Assembly (NCBI GenBank): GCA_963798915.1
Contig: CAWCVB010000006.1
Coordinates: 288,001-352,000, forward strand
Length of the DNA: 64,000 bases
DNA from: an uncultured Gemmatimonadales bacterium
GTDB taxonomy: Bacteria; Gemmatimonadota; Gemmatimonadetes; Gemmatimonadales; GWC2-71-9
Direction: 5' to 3'
The notes under the pieces were generated by a model that did not search any database, was not told where the DNA came from, and saw nothing but the letters and a program-made list of their open reading frames with translations. Each line of letters begins with the position of its first letter. Position 1 is the first letter of the stretch. A program made the position numbers and the translations under genes. Of the stretch, positions 62,913 to 64,000 are shown piece by piece.

Positions 62913-64000
62913 GTGACGATTGAGCAACGCAGACCGCCATACGTCTGGGCCGCGCTGACCGGTGCCATCGTGCTGGCGTTCTACATCGCCACGTTGTCCC
63001 CCACGACCGCCTTCTGGGACACATCCGAGTATATCGCGGCCGCGAAGGTCCTCGGCATTCCACATCCGCCCGGAAATCCGCTCTTTACGCTGCTGGCCCA
63101 TGTGTGGGGGCTGCTGCCGCTGGCGGCTGCCTATGCGGTCCGGATCAATATCTTCGCCGCCGTGACCAGCGCCTCCGCGGCGGCCTTCTGGTTTCTGGTT
63201 GCTGATCGATGGCTGGATCGCCTGGTGCCGTCGCCATGGTTCCGCCGAGCCGCGGCGTTCGCCGGCACGATGGTGGGTGCCACCAGCTGGACCGTCTGGA
63301 ACCAGTCGGTGGTGAACGAGAAGGTCTACACGGTGTCGCTGCTGTTCATCGCTGCCGTCGCATGGCTGACGGTCCGCTGGGCCGATCTGGAACCGGGACC
63401 GCGGCGGGATCGTCAGCTCATCTTTATGGCATATCTGCTTGCCCTCACCACCACCAACCACATGATGGGCATTCTGGTCGTTCCCCTCGTGGGGGTATAT
63501 CTGCTCCTCGCCGACTGGCGCAGCCTGACCAGACCGCGAATCGTGGGCGGCATCGTCATCGCGGTGCTCGTGGGTGTCTCGCTGAACTACCTCTACCTTC
63601 CGATGCGCGCGGCGCAGCACCCGCCCATCAACGAGGGCGAGCCCGAAGGATTCTTCAGTCAGGCGCTGAAAGACGTGCTCAATCGGGTCCAATACGGCAA
63701 GCCACCCGTGACCGACCGTCAGGCAGACTTCCTCTCGCAGCTCGGCAACTATTTCCAGTATTTTGGCTGGCAGTTCGCCCGGGGCTGGCAGTCACTCGCC
63801 CGCGTCGCCGCGGTCTTGTTTGGCCTGACCGGACTGGCCGGCCTCTGGACCCTGCTGCGCCGCGAGCGAGTCGCCGGACTGGCGGCGGCGGCTCTGTTGT
63901 TCACCCTGACGCTCGCGCTGATTGCCTACCTGAATTTCAAATACGGCTTCTCCTATCACCCGCAGGAAAACCTTTCCCGCGAAGTGCGTGAGCGGGACTA
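62913..64000 (+). CDS. Second DUF2723 membrane protein, partial (runs off the right edge; absent from the ORF track)
   Basis: Hand translation from GTG 62913 with GGAG RBS: MTIEQRRPPYVWAALTG...TLSPTTAFWDTSEYIAAAKVLGIPHPPGNPLF ... EVRERD at the window end. Confidence 0.9.
   Translation, partial: MTIEQRRPPYVWAALTGAIVLAFYIATLSPTTAFWDTSEYIAAAKVLGIPHPPGNPLFTLLAHVWGLLPLAAAYAVRINIFAAVTSASAAAFWFLVADRWLDRLVPSPWFRRAAAFAGTMVGATSWTVWNQSVVNEKVYTVSLLFIAAVAWLTVRWADLEPGPRRDRQLIFMAYLLALTTTNHMMGILVVPLVGVYLLLADWRSLTRPRIVGGIVIAVLVGVSLNYLYLPMRAAQHPPINEGEPEGFFSQALKDVLNRVQYGKPPVTDRQADFLSQLGNYFQYFGWQFARGWQSLARVAAVLFGLTGLAGLWTLLRRERVAGLAAAALLFTLTLALIAYLNFKYGFSYHPQENLSREVRERD

Overview
High-GC bacterial chromosome segment; gene content and protein style suggest Gemmatimonadota (my inference, not searched). 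All credible genes from 1 to 53826 lie on the minus strand; after 53950 most lie on the plus strand. Most of the window is housekeeping: ileS, lspA, ftsH, tilS, eno, glyA, thrS, valS, selA, purN, purH, tRNA-Val and tRNA-Met. The standout is a roughly 17 kb, tightly coupled operon (2171-19313). It is a receptor-less chemosensory set (cheW-cheY-cheA-cheC ... cheR-cheD-cheB-cheW-cheW). Its middle is occupied by an MglA GTPase, three Roadblock-domain proteins, a large TPR protein, two DUF4388-TPR proteins with MshEN-like c-di-GMP motifs, and a tandem DnaA-type AAA+ protein lacking the DNA-binding domain. Other points of interest are a type 2 IleRS with a GIHH motif, an apparent CTG start for thiL, and duplicated tRNA-Met 3-prime ends next to an accessory islet carrying a GNAT/BKACE/QueC-like operon. 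There are also two DUF2723 paralogues and an isolated selA. I found no CRISPR array, rRNA, transposase or integrase. All calls come from reading motifs by eye; no database searches were run.
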